From Podarcis erhardii (Eukaryota): a stretch of 64,000 bases of DNA. The notes beneath the pieces were generated by a model, which saw only the letters and a program-made list of their open reading frames with translations, had not been told where the DNA came from and did no database searches. Positions within the stretch are counted from its first letter, which is position 1; each line of letters opens with the position of its first letter. Both the position numbers and the translations under genes were made by a program. This document shows, piece by piece, positions 38,921-50,787 of the stretch. The stretch is from the NCBI GenBank assembly GCA_964252035.1, contig OZ176201.1. One strand, given 5' to 3'.

Positions 38921-41900
38921 ACCACTTGCAGTTTAAGGTAGAGGATTTCAACCTTTTTGAGTCCACAGCTCCCTTGACCAACTACATTCTTTCTACAGCT
39001 CCCCTGTGGGGCTCAGCGGCCCAGTTAAGTTACCCCTTGCCTGCAGAGCTGGCAGCCTCTCACCCTTTCTCAGACACCTTCCCTTGTGGAGTGTTCCTTC
39101 AGCCTCCTCTCCCCTCTCCAGTTGCTGACCCTGGTCTCTGAGCTGCCTCTCCCCAGACCCCAAAGAGAGGTGCCTCCTCACGCTGCCCCACAGGGACCTG
39201 GAAAGCACCTCCTGGCCAGCCCCAGAGGCACCATTCTCCTGCAGAGCTCATAGCCAGGCCTGCTGCAATAAACAGCTGTGGAAGCCTTTCGGAGGTAGAG
39301 ATGTGAGATAGCATCAGAGGAGGGAGGGAAGGAAAGAGGGACAGAGGCTAGTGTTGCCCGCAGCACCCATCATTCAAGACATCCCAGGGTGCCACAGCAC
39401 ACTGGTTGAAAACAGTTTGTTTAAGGACAAAAGGCACTTGAGAATGTGAAGCAGGACCATTGAATGGTACCACTAGGAGCAGAGTCCCAAAGTCTGGGCA
39501 GGGAGGCCTGGAGGAACAGATTTGTCCCCATGCCTGAGGTTCCCCATGTTTGCCTTTAAATTTGATGCAGTTCCATTTCAGTGAAGAAATGTCCACTGAG
39601 AATCAAAGGCAGGGCAGTTGTGTCACTGTTTCTAAACTGGTTTCACACAAGAAACTTTTGAGGCTAATCGCGACCGTCGAGAAATTTCAGGCTTGGCTTA
39701 TGTAGTCCCATCATGAGATGGGACTGAGTCCGTATCAAGAGCCAAGGGACCCCAATTTGATAGAGTCCCTACTAGATCTGTAAGGGGCTGTGTGGAAAAG
39801 TGGAGGAAGGGTGCCCAGGTGCTGTTGAGCACTTAGACTACAATTCCCATCACTCACAGTCAGTGTAATGAATGATCATGGATTATGAGGGTTATAGTCC
39901 AAACACATCTGGGGACCCAAGGTTGGAGAAGGTTGTTATCTGGAGATAAAAGGTTGTATTCAATGTAGCACTCAGCAAATTGTTCCATTGGCATACAGGA
40001 AACCCCCCATTTATGCGCATTCAATATATGTGTGACTGAGCATACGTGCATTGCACCAAACCCGGAAGTGACCCCAAAAGTCACAAAAACTTCACAAAAT
40101 GGGGCAGAACTGGGCAGGGCAGAGGCAGGGCAGGGATGGCTTTGGGGCATTTTGGGCAAACAGGGCATTTGAAGGGTTTTTCAATAATGTTTCAAATATA
40201 CATGATTTCACTGATGTCTCAGAACATAACCCCTAGGTAAGGGGGGGGGGGTTGCCTGTATTTTTTCCCCTTGCTCAATGGAACAACCTCCCCCTCACCT
40301 TCCCCCATACGTTATGGACGTTCCCCCAACCCTCTAGAGAATATTTGGGAGGTGGTGTGGGACTCATGCAGGGGAGGAAAGCATTGTGCTTGTGCAAAAA
40401 TGTAGCTGAATACCACCCAAGGCATCCCCCACCACCTCCACCCTCACCCAGTCCTCTGCAGTACTTAGTTGCAGTAGCCACTGAGACATGTGGGCCACGT
40501 TGGAAGCAGCTCAGGAGAAACCTGTGTGCTGTTTCCATCTGCTAAAGACCTTCTGGTGAAACCTGTGCTCTACTATGCCCCAGTGCTCACCTTGCCCCAT
40601 GCCAACAATCACCATCCACTAGGGCACAGCATGTGGGTTGCAATGCATTACTGGTGCATGAAAAACAGAAAGATGAGATTTCCAGATGAACATGGGCAGC
40701 TACCTTGTGTTGAATTAAACATGGAGTCTATCTAGCCCACTTCTACTCCAGGGATGGAAAACCTGGTGCCTATGCAGACTGCTGTTCCCATCAACCCCCA
40801 TCCAGCATGAACAATGATCAGGCACAATGGGAGCTGGAGTCTAACCACATACTCATCCCTTGTCTATTTCAGTAGCTCTTCACAGTGTCTGTTGGGCGAA
40901 TATCACAGAATCACAGAGTTGGAAGCATCATCTAGTCCAACCCCTAGCAATGCAGGAACCCTGATCACAGCCATCCCTGGGTGGACTCAAACCACCAACC
41001 TTCTGGTTAACAATGGGCCAGACGCACTGACCCATTGTGACACTGGGCATCTCTCCCAACTTTGCTACCCTATATCCTTTTAACTGGAGATGCTACAGAT
41101 GAAAGCATGAGAACTTCCTCTGAGCTACGACCCCTCTCAATGACCACACAAATATTTTTAGTTATTGCACCAGATTATTTGAGAATTGTGCATTACACCT
41201 TTGGGGTACTTTGCCATGCAAAATACTCTTAAAACATTCCTGTAGACTGTTGCATTCCAAGATCTGTTATTCCACACTTGATAGCAAATAGAACTGAGAA
41301 CATGCCAGGGTGATGATGGTGTTCTCAAATTCTCCTAGAGACAAATTGACTTGGAGGTGGGAATTGCATTTATATTATCGTAGTTCCCTGACTATGTATT
41401 CTGCAGGATTTATGCATTTAATAATACTTCTTAAAGGTGTAAAAATATTGACAGATTGATCTTTAACAACATTTCGCGAAAATTCATCCGCAGGTGAATT
41501 GGGACTGATCCCGCCAAAATTAAACCTTTTTTAAAAATAGTTTAAATTGGAGAGGTTTTAACATGTGGTATAGTGGAATTTTCAGACTGAAACCAAATAG
41601 GCTAGTAAGTGCTAAATATTGACTGAATTTTAAAGTGAAATCAGACAATGTTTGAAATTCACAGCATCACACTTGAATTTTTATATGTTTATTTTTGCGT
41701 CTGTATTTCAAATTTGACCAAAAAATTTCATTTCAGATTTAGCACTTTCATTCTAACAGGGGCAACTGATGCTGGGACCTCAACAACTGTGTTTTTAACA
41801 CACACATTAGAGTTTTCTAGATGTTCATACTAGTGAACCAAGGGCAACTGTTAGTCAGCAGGTAGTACAAGGGCAACTGTTTCATATGACCAAAGCCTCA

Positions 41901-43913
41901 AGCTGGGTTATCAGAAGAAACTGGTTCTTTATTTTGGCACCAAAAAAAGCACCTCCCATTACCATGAAACAATGAACGCAGCACCATGCAAGCTGGATTC
42001 TTCTGCAAACTGGACCTTGCATCTTACCACTAAACTCTCTTGACTGATACTTGCCGTAGCAGAAGCTGCTTAAAGGAGGATAGAAGGTCTCACTAACTTG
42101 TAGTCCAAGGAAATGGAAGAGGTTTAATGGAAGGCAGGGGCCAGTTTAAGAGGTGGGGGAGAGAAATGCACAAGCAGGCTAAGCTCCAAAGCTGCATACT
42201 AACTGGGAGATGAAAGAGCTAGAGGCCTTCTGAAGTACGTGCTGTCTCGATGATTAATGGGGGTGAGGGAAGGGTGAGGCCCAGCCCCTAGTAAACTACA
42301 AGATGGCAAAGTGATTCTAAGAACAACAGAGCAGTGTTCATGGAGAAAAGCTAGTCTGCCTACGCCAAGAAAATCTCCCGGTGCTGTTTTTAAAAAGCCT
42401 CTTTATTTCCAGTATCAAAACAGTACATTAAAATAGATGCCAAGAGCCAAGCAATCATTAAAAATAAACCATCGGTGACGTGTAGCGTGCAGTGAAAACA
42501 TTGCTCACTGCTGCAGCAGCGAGGTTGCGAGCTGGTTCTCCCAAGACGCATTCACCAGCCGCGCCTGATGGCAAGACAATAGCCCTCAGAGGCAGCCATT
42601 CACTTGCCCAGGAACTACAACAAGCAGGTGATTTCAATATTGGAGCTGGATCACAGGAGATTTTGTTTTGTTTTGTTTTTTAAGATGTAGGTGTGGAATT
42701 TGAAGTGTTATCTTTTATGTTAGGCATACATTGGAAGATGCTTATTGTCAAAGATTTAGTGCATTCTGGAGATATGGGCTCTCTGCGAAAGGGTTTCTTG
42801 GAGTGGATTTCCCTGATAGCTCTAGGTTCTTACCTAGGGGTGGTAACACCCTGGCAAGGGATGAAAGAGGAAGGAGGAATATGCATCTTGCCTATTCTTG
42901 CTGCATCGGCACCACAGTTCTGTCAGAAAATATTTTGATGAGGCTTAGACAATAGCAACATACGGCAATGGCTTTTCAAACTATGATCTATGGTACCTGG
43001 GGTTCATCAGTGGCTCACTGGGATTTCTCAGTCAGAAGATCAGTACTGATGGGCAAGCTTTCTTGGAGAAGCAGCTTGACTACCACTGCCAATCTTCTCC
43101 TGGGCTAGACCCCTTTCACAGGAGTTCCGAGTCTAGTCTTGGTTCACATGGGGCCATAGTGAGGACCCACCAATGCCAATGGGCACTAGCCACCAGGACT
43201 ATTATGGTTGGTAAATGGTCATCTGTGTTTGCCTGTAGAAAGATATTGGACCTTAAAAGATCCCTGCTATTAGGGCAAGGTGTCTGCTCTTCACCCTGTG
43301 AAGTGCCAAACCTTTGGAATGGAATAGGCAAAGAACTAGACTTGGGAATATCCACACTAAGGCTGCAATTCTACACCTACTCTTCTAGGAGTAAACCCAA
43401 TTGAACTCAACAAGATTTGCTTCTGAGTTGACTTGTATGGGGTGGCAAGGTTAGCTAAAGTCTTTCACTTTGTGAAATGAATGCCTGAAAACCAGAGCAA
43501 CTAGGATCAGCCTGATTTCTTTCTTTTCCGAGAGGATCATGAGGCCAATAGCTGCTGAACAACTGAGACCCACACTGCCTTCCTTTGCGATTTCATTCAC
43601 AAAACCCTCTTTACAAAACAGATATTTAAAAATCCAGTGCATAGACTGCCTTAGGTTTGGTTTGAAGACAGCATTGCATTGAGTGAATTATCAACTTTGC
43701 AGCATCCAGCTGCAGCCCCTCCCCCACCAATGAATGTCCAGTACAGTTAAATAAGTGGAAGGTAATGGGTGGGCAGATAGGAGTGGTGGGCGGTTGGAGG
43801 GGGGTTGGGGGAGAGAAATGCTGTTGGTTGCACTTAGAGGGTTTTTTCTTTTTTAATGAGATAATAGGACTGTAGCAATTTCCCCTGCTTGGTTTCCATG
43901 GCAGAGAGAGCCC

Positions 43914-44593
43914 TCACAGATGCATAAGATTTACAGGTCCCTGAGAATCTCCCTGAGGCACAGGATGTGTTGTTAAATCTGTGTAAATGGGATGTGAGTT
44001 GGACAGCCCAAGCTGGTGATGACTGGGGATTTCGGCAACACAGCTGTAGTCCAGGTTTGCAGAGGAACAGTCAGGGAAGCTGAAGAGTGAGTCAGCCTCG
44101 GGCATATTTCCCAGGTAATTTTCTTCCACTTCACTTGGACTCCCTTGCAGAACTGGAGGTCCATAATGATGACTGTCTCCTTGCAGAGAAAAGGGGCCAT
44201 ACTCCAAGGAGATGGACGTTAAGGGGCTGTCAAAGAGAGGGTCTGTATAACTATATACCCCTCCCTGGGCCTTGCTACATGAACTTGGTGTGGCCAACTC
44301 ATACTCAGCCTCCATTTGACTGAAATAGTCACTCACTTGAGGACTTTTGCTCGGGGACTTCCCAATGGTCCCCTTGACCCTGCTGTCTTTCTTATACTTC
44401 ATCCTTCTGTTCTGGAACCAGATCTTGATTTGTCTCTCAGAGAGCCTCAGAAGCCGGGCCATTTCCAGCCTGCGTGGCCGGCAGAGGTATCTATTAAAAT
44501 GGAACTCCTTCTCCAGTTCCACCAGCTGCGTTTGGGTGTAGGCTGTGCGCACTCTCTTGGATGAGGAGAGACTTGGTGGAGAGGAGCTGGGGT
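43914..44593 (-). CDS. HOXC3: Hox3 (probably HoxC3) second coding exon with homeobox
   Basis: The acceptor TTTTCTTCATTTAG|AC at 44594/44593 splices in frame (G|AC=D) to give [70 protein letters not shown]. The C-terminus [23 protein letters not shown] resembles the Hox3 tail YTDL...QGRIQEAPKLTHL. TGA at 43916-43914. Total CDS 328+680=1008 nt. Confidence 0.9.
44382..44561 (-). other. Homeobox (60-aa homeodomain)
   Basis: Translates to SKRVRTAY...[14 protein letters not shown]5, I47, Q50, N51 and M54 are intact, and LCRPRR is diagnostic of group 3. Confidence 0.97.
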
Positions 44594-44688
44594 CTAAATG
44601 AAGAAAATGAAAAAAGTCAATTCAGCTTGATCCTTAATGACTTTGCAAGGAATAGATGTATTACCTCACAAAATCTTGTACCTGGGAG

Positions 44689-44689
<1 letters not shown>

Positions 44690-44738
<49 letters not shown>

Positions 44739-44740
44739 TA
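44690..44740. repeat. (AAT)n microsatellite in the Hox3 intron
   Basis: Direct observation. Confidence 0.97.
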
Positions 44741-44755
44741 ATGTATAGTGTACAT

Positions 44756-44893
44756 CAGAGGTGGGGAACTTGTGGTCCTTCTGATGCTGCTGGACTACAG
44801 GTCCCAACATCTCTATCATTCTCCTTGCTGGCTGAGGCTGATGGGAGTTGGAGTCTGATGACATCTGGAAGGCCACAGATTCTCTACCCCAAT
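44756..44893. mobile_element. Decayed palindromic MITE in the Hox3 intron
   Basis: CAGAGGTGGGGAAC...TTCTCTACCCC with an ACTACA...GGAGTTG internal palindrome; one of many such copies in the window. Confidence 0.55.
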
Positions 44894-45605
44894 GTACAAG
44901 CATGCATGTTATGTGTGGCTCAAACTCAGAGAGATGTTAGAGCTGAACCAAAACAACTCACAGATTTTGGCAAATGTGTTCAGTTGTGTTGCCCTTTTTT
45001 GGTGGTCCCACCCTCACTTCCACAAGGCACCTGGCAAGAAATGTTTGCTTATTTTACCCTCAGTGAGTGACATCACACAACCCAATCTGATTGACTGGAT
45101 AGTATTGAATGTTGCATCATCCTGCTAATTGTGTAATCTGTGCCTGCGTTGGATCACTGATGTAATTCATACAAGATGGAAGAAAAGTCAGAGGGGTAAA
45201 GGTGCCACCCCCACCTCACCCCCCAAAAAAAAAACCTCAAGAGAAATAATGGTAACTTAATTGGAAAACGTGAGTATTTATGTTCCCCCATAATTGCTAG
45301 TTTCCACTAAAAATTGGAAAATGGAGAATATTTGGTTCAGCTCAGTAACATTCTGCATTCTTTGAAAGTCAGTTTGGAGGGTCTTGTGTTTCCATTTGCA
45401 AAGAATGGAAATGTTCTGATCCGTTTTATTCTATGCTATGCTATTATGTTTGTCTATCTCTTTGTCTCTACATCCAGTCTATATCCTTCCTATGCTAATG
45501 GATTAATCTAAATGAAAACCTAATGTTTAATAAGACATATGGCTATTCTCATAGTACCGGGAGGTTGGGGTTGGTAAAGGACCTATAAAGAATATACTAG
45601 AGCAA

Positions 45606-45606
<1 letters not shown>

Positions 45607-45640
<34 letters not shown>
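45607..45640. repeat. (AT)n microsatellite in the Hox3 intron
   Basis: Direct observation. Confidence 0.97.
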
Positions 45641-45642
<2 letters not shown>

Positions 45643-45963
45643 CTTACTGAATTCCTCAAGTGGAAGCCTAGTTGCTCCTATTATCCCAATATAAGATGGG
45701 ATATAAACATAAGCAAATAAAAAATATAGAAGTAAGTTATTGTCCAGAAAATGCTCTGAAGACACATGCTGTGGTTCAACCGGTAAAGTTAAGAGTGTCT
45801 GGTAAGCAGTCTCTGGACGGAAGACCACCAGAGAACCCTCCATAATGTGTGCTTAGTTCCTTGGAGGAAGGACATGGTATAAATTAAAGTACTGCATGGT
45901 GTAAGCTAAAGTACTGCATGTGAACACTTATTTGAAAGTGCAAGGAAAGCTATAGCCTAGATC

Positions 45964-46091
45964 CATGGTAGCCAATGATGTGCATTCCAGATGCTGGTGT
46001 TTGGCTACAACTCCCATCATCCCTGACCATTGCTGTCTGGGACTGGTGGGTGTCTATCAACCTCGTGAGGGCACCATGTTGGCTACCATTG
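45964..46091. mobile_element. Decayed palindromic MITE in the Hox3 intron, about 50 nt from the donor
   Basis: Inverted ends ATGGTAGCCAA / TTGGCTACCAT; CTACAACTCCCATCATCCCTGACC core. Confidence 0.55.
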
Positions 46092-46143
46092 GATAGATAC
46101 ACATTGGAATCAAGCATGGGAGACGATAGATAAAACAAGGTAC

Positions 46144-46471
46144 CTGAAGATGGAAGGTTGTTCTTCTGCTTGCTGCTGTGTCTTGTTTCTTTCATCCAAG
46201 GGAAGACTTGTTTTGGTAAATGGCTAACATGTGCCTTGCTAGTGCCATTGGTAACCAATGGAGACTGTTGTAATTTTGAGGTCTGATCATTGGTGTTCCC
46301 TAGAGATGCCTGTTCGGTGCCTTTTTGGCCTGTTGGAGACCTTGTGGATGTTTCTGGCTCCTGGTGTACCAGTGGAGCTGGAAATTGTTGCTGACTAAAG
46401 GAATCCCTTCTAATGGGATCCAAATTGCTTTCTGAGGAATCCTGGTCATCTTCATGATGAGCTTTTTGCAT
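46144..46471 (-). CDS. HOXC3: Hox paralogy group 3 gene, first coding exon (probably HoxC3)
   Basis: ATG at 46471 opens MQKAHHED (Hox3 proteins start MQKA). The hexapeptide QVFPWMKETR has FPWMK at 46204-46190. The donor CAG|GTACC at 46144/46143 follows SSG, a phase-1 junction as in other Hox3 genes. Assignment to the C cluster is inferred from divergence, short length and the absence of a Hox2 neighbour. Confidence 0.88.
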
Positions 46472-46488
46472 TTCCTGTTCTTGTCTGA

Positions 46489-46510
46489 CTGAAGGGGCAG
46501 GGAAGGAGAC
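46489..46510 (-). promoter_or_regulatory. Candidate splice acceptor just upstream of the Hox3 start codon
   Basis: Minus strand GTCTCCTTCCCTGCCCCTTCAG|TCAGAC, 17 nt before the ATG. Hox3 paralogues typically have upstream non-coding exons. Confidence 0.5.
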
Positions 46511-47320
46511 AGATACCTTGAAATGAATGTGAAAGGAATCCAGACAGAGCTCCAGTTATTACCACTGATGAAGGATCCTCCTCACCCATGTGTTCCAAAA
46601 GCTAAAGAGAAACATCCGAAGTAAACATGCCCACATCTCAAAGCAAAAACATTTACCGACCATTCTGGCCTCTGTCCAGAAAAAGGAACCCACCAAAAAG
46701 AGAGAGAGCAAGAATCATGAACTTTAAACAAAGACAGTCTTTTGAGTTTCAACATGTTTAGAGTTGAAACTATTTTGCTCTCAGAAATTATCCTCCGCAA
46801 ACATTGTCAAGTATACACATTTAATGTCTGTATTTGCTGGAGTTGATTTTAATATTTGACAGCATTTGACTGCTGGTACATAGTGGTTTTAGTGCTTGAC
46901 AGTATTTGATAAGTGGAACACCAAAGCAAAAATATTTAGAGAAATCTTTACCAGCGGTCGCTACCGTCAGTCATATGGATAAGATCAAATATTTATTGTT
47001 CAATATGGACATGTCTGTGATGTTTAATACAGCTAAAAGCCCCTTAACTTAAACAAGGTGATATGGCTTCCAACAAGATCTAACTTTCAGCTTTCTATGT
47101 ATGTTTTATTTATTGTATAGGCTAAGATTTATTTTTATGTATAATTTTATATATCATTTATGTTAATATGTTTCTGTTTGGTTGCCTTATTAATGAATTT
47201 GAAAACTGACACATAGTTATGTCTGATTTTATATTGTGTTTGAGAAACAGCATAATATACGTAAATAGTAGTTAGAATGATATTTAATGATTGAACAAGT
47301 GGGGCATACAACAAGATTGT

Positions 47321-47640
47321 ATACCTGAGGGAGTGTCTCCACCCCCATCATTCAGCCCAGATGCTGAGATCCAGCACCGAGGGCCTTCTGGCGGTTCCCT
47401 CATTGTGAGGTTACAGGGAGCCAGACAGAGGGCCTTCTCAGTAGTGGCACCTGCCCTGTGGAACATCCTCCCATCAGATGTCAAGGAAATAAGCAGCTAT
47501 CCTATTTTTAAAAGACATCTGAAGGCAGCCCTGTTTAGGGAAGTTTTTAATATTTAATGCTGTATTGTTTTTAACACTTGATTGGGAGCCACCCAGAGTG
47601 GCTGGGGAAACTCAGCCAGATGGGCGGGGTATAAATAAGT
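47321..47640 (+). mobile_element. L2-type LINE 3' fragment
   Basis: Encodes RAFSVVAPALWNILPSDVKEISSYPIFKRHLKAALFREVFNI, followed by the same 3' UTR. Confidence 0.75.
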
Positions 47641-48501
47641 TGTTCTTGTTGTTGTTGTTGCAGTGTATTATTGCAGTATGAAGTGCTCCACTTCAGTGTC
47701 TCGGCCAACACACCATGCATTCTCTCAGAATGCTCCATAAAATTATTTTCCCTCCTCCAGTCTTCTGGAGCCCTCCCCAACATTATGGGTCCATTGAGCA
47801 TGCTCATTCCTGAATGGGTTGTTTGGGGGCTCCTTTTCATTAGGAGTCTCCCCCCCCAAAAAAATGACCCCACTTCTGAAAACCTTGGAGTTTCCTCTGA
47901 GCATGGCATTATCGCTCTCTTGTGTATAGGCGATGCCATTATGTCTACATAAGAATAGACGCTAGGAGAATAAGTCTTAGTATTTATTATTATATATGAT
48001 AGTATTTGATAGTTGGAAGTTATGATTATATTACAGTTTAATATATGATTATATTACAGTTTACTCTCTAAGTCAAAACAAATCAAGAGATGCCACTAAA
48101 TCCACAGCTCTCATATTTGGAGATGAAGATTCCACATTCGGAGCTGAGATTCCATGAACAACATTTCACATTCTGGGGAATTTTGAATATTAATTTCAAT
48201 TCCCAAGCTTGTTCTGTCACCTTTATTAATGATGGTCAAAAGCAAGCATGCTAAAATGATGCCAATGAAGAGATCAAAAAGTATAACTGGGAGAGGGGAG
48301 GGAGGACTCTTTGGTGTTTGTTGGCTTGTGAATAAATGATAATTATTTAATAAGCAGCATTTGGGTGAGAGAGAGTATAATTGGGAGATGAGCTCCCAAA
48401 CCCTTATACTAATAATAACCTTTATCCATCACCAATCCAGTGTACATGTATGTGCATATATACACATGGATGCAGTCTTCTGCTGGGTATAAGGAGAAAT
48501 A

Positions 48502-48742
48502 CTGGGTTTTTTCACTCTATAAGACGCACCAGACCACAAGACGCACCTAGGACGAGGAGGAAAACAAGAAAAAAAAATATTCTGAATCTCAAAAGCCAGA
48601 AGAGCAGTGAAAGCAGCAATCCCTCTTGCTGTTCTGGCTTCTGGGATAGCTGCGCAGCCTGCATTCGCTCCATAAGACGCACACACATTTCCCCTTACTT
48701 TTTAGGAGGGGAAAAGTGAGTCTTACAGAGCAAAAAATACAG
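48502..48742. mobile_element. pogo/Tc2-like MITE
   Basis: Same TIR family; inverted relative to 50437-50724. Confidence 0.75.
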
Positions 48743-49527
48743 TATCTCCTCTCACGACTGTAGTAGCCACGTGTACAGATGACAACTCTATTTAAATGGG
48801 TCCTCTGTTTAAAAAGCTGTCTGGTCCAAGTGTGGTTTAAAGGTAAAGAACCATAATAAGAACACAGTGCTGCCTGATGCTGACTATAAGGACAAATATG
48901 TTCCCTTCACTTTGGGCAGATAATCTCTCCAAAGCACAGAGGAGGTGATAGATACAATGCTAAGCCTTAGGTGTGTTGGGGTGGGGTGGGAGAGTACACA
49001 GTAGCCCTACAGCAATTCTGTATCCAGAAATCGTACAACAGGGGATAAGTATCCACTACTGTAAGAGCAATGGAAATGGATGGTAAGCAGCAAAAAAATC
49101 TCAATAGCAGTAGTGCGGGGTTTCAATTATAAACATACTTACAAAGAAGCAAGTGCTATTAAATACAGTGGGACATATTTCTGAGTCAATGTTCATCACA
49201 TTGCGATGCCATTATCTTTAAATTTAAGTTACTCAGGCTGCAATCTGGTACACACTCACCTGAGAGCAAGGGCTACTGAATTCAACAGGGCTTGCTTCCA
49301 ATTAGCCATGTACATTGTCACTGTATTAAATAACCTGAGCAATTTTTTTTAAAAAAACTAATACAAGATAAGTATTGGTGCCAATTGCCCTAATGTTTGC
49401 CCACCACCCTTGTTTCGTTGCATTCATTTTCTGGATTGCTGGAGGTCAGGAAAAGGTTCACTTCTTACTGATTTTGATATAGTATTGCTTGCATGCTTTC
49501 CCTTATATCTCTGTATAAGAGCTAGAG

Positions 49528-49837
49528 CATGGGTAGGCAAACTAAGGCCCAGGGGCCGAATCCGGCCCAATTGCCTTCTAAATCCAGCCTGCAGACGGTC
49601 CGGAAATTAGAATGAGTAGAATGTCTACTTTTATTTTAAATGCATCTCTGGGTTATTTGTGGGGCCTGCCTGGTGTTTTTGCATGAGTAGAATGTGTGCT
49701 TTTATTTAAAATGCATTTCTGGGTTATTTATGGTGCATAGGAATTTGTTCATTCCCCCCCCCAATATAGTCTGCCCCCCCCACAAGATTTGAGGGACAGT
49801 GGACTGGCCCCCTGCTGAAAAAGTTTGCTGACCCCTG
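49528..49837 (-). mobile_element. hAT (Charlie-like) MITE, same family reversed
   Basis: 8-bp TSD AGCTAGAG. Confidence 0.9.
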
Positions 49838-50436
49838 AGCTAGAGCCTACTGTTCTTTTTTAATACTGAAAAGCTGGAATAATCAAGGGGGTGTATCCTA
49901 AACATTTCCTGAGCAAGTCTCTCTACGGTACTGCTCTGTGGTCTCCTTTGAAATATCAAAACTTGCGTGTTGGGGAAACCTGTCTTTGAAGTTCATGTCA
50001 CTTAAAGATGCCTTCGCTGCTCACCATACATTCCCCAGTCCTACCCAGAGATTTGTAAGCCTGGGTCTGAATCCCATTGAAATGCATCTTGTCACAGCTT
50101 GCAACATTGTCCACAATACCTTCTGCCAGCCCTTTGGTGATCCATCTTAAATAACCCTACACAGACAGAAAGAGTGCTGCTCATTGCTTCTGTTATTATG
50201 TTCCTCAGGAACCCTGGAATCAATTCCTTTACTCTTTCATTACTGAAGAAGTGCTACATCTAATTTCAGTGAATGAGGGATTCACCCGAAAGCACAGGTG
50301 GGGAACCTCTAGCCCACCATAGGTTGCTGGACTCCAACTTCCATGAACCCCTGTCTGCATGGACAGGGATGATGGGAGTTGGAGTCCAACACCATCTCAA
50401 CAAATTCTCCACCCATGCCCTAAAGACTGATAGCTA

Positions 50437-50724
50437 CTGTATTTTTTGCTCTATAAGACTCACTTTTTCCCTCCTAAAAAGTAAGGGGAAATGTGTGTGC
50501 ATCTTATGGAGTGAATGCAGGATGCACAGCTATCCCAGAAGCCAGAACAGCAAGAGGGATCGCTGCGCAGTGAAAGCAGCAAGAGGGATTGCTGCTTTCA
50601 CTGCGCAGCGATCCCTCTTGCTGTTCTGGCTTCTGAGATTCAGAATATTTTTTTTCTTGTTTTCCTCCTCCAAAAACTAGGTGTGTCTTGTAGTCTGGTG
50701 CATCTTATAGAGAGAAAAATACGG
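50437..50724. mobile_element. pogo/Tc2-like MITE
   Basis: TA-CTGTATTTTTTGCTCTATAAGAC...AAAAATACGG. Confidence 0.75.
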
Positions 50725-50787
50725 TCCTTCACATCTTACACAGGGGCACGTCCATGTTTACCAATAAGTGTACACGTGACAAAGGGA

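Larger units (their letters stand above)
44594..46143 (-). other. GT-AG intron of the Hox3 gene (1550 nt)
   Basis: Canonical GT and AG ends with a polypyrimidine tract; joins the two exons in frame between hexapeptide and homeodomain. Confidence 0.88.
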
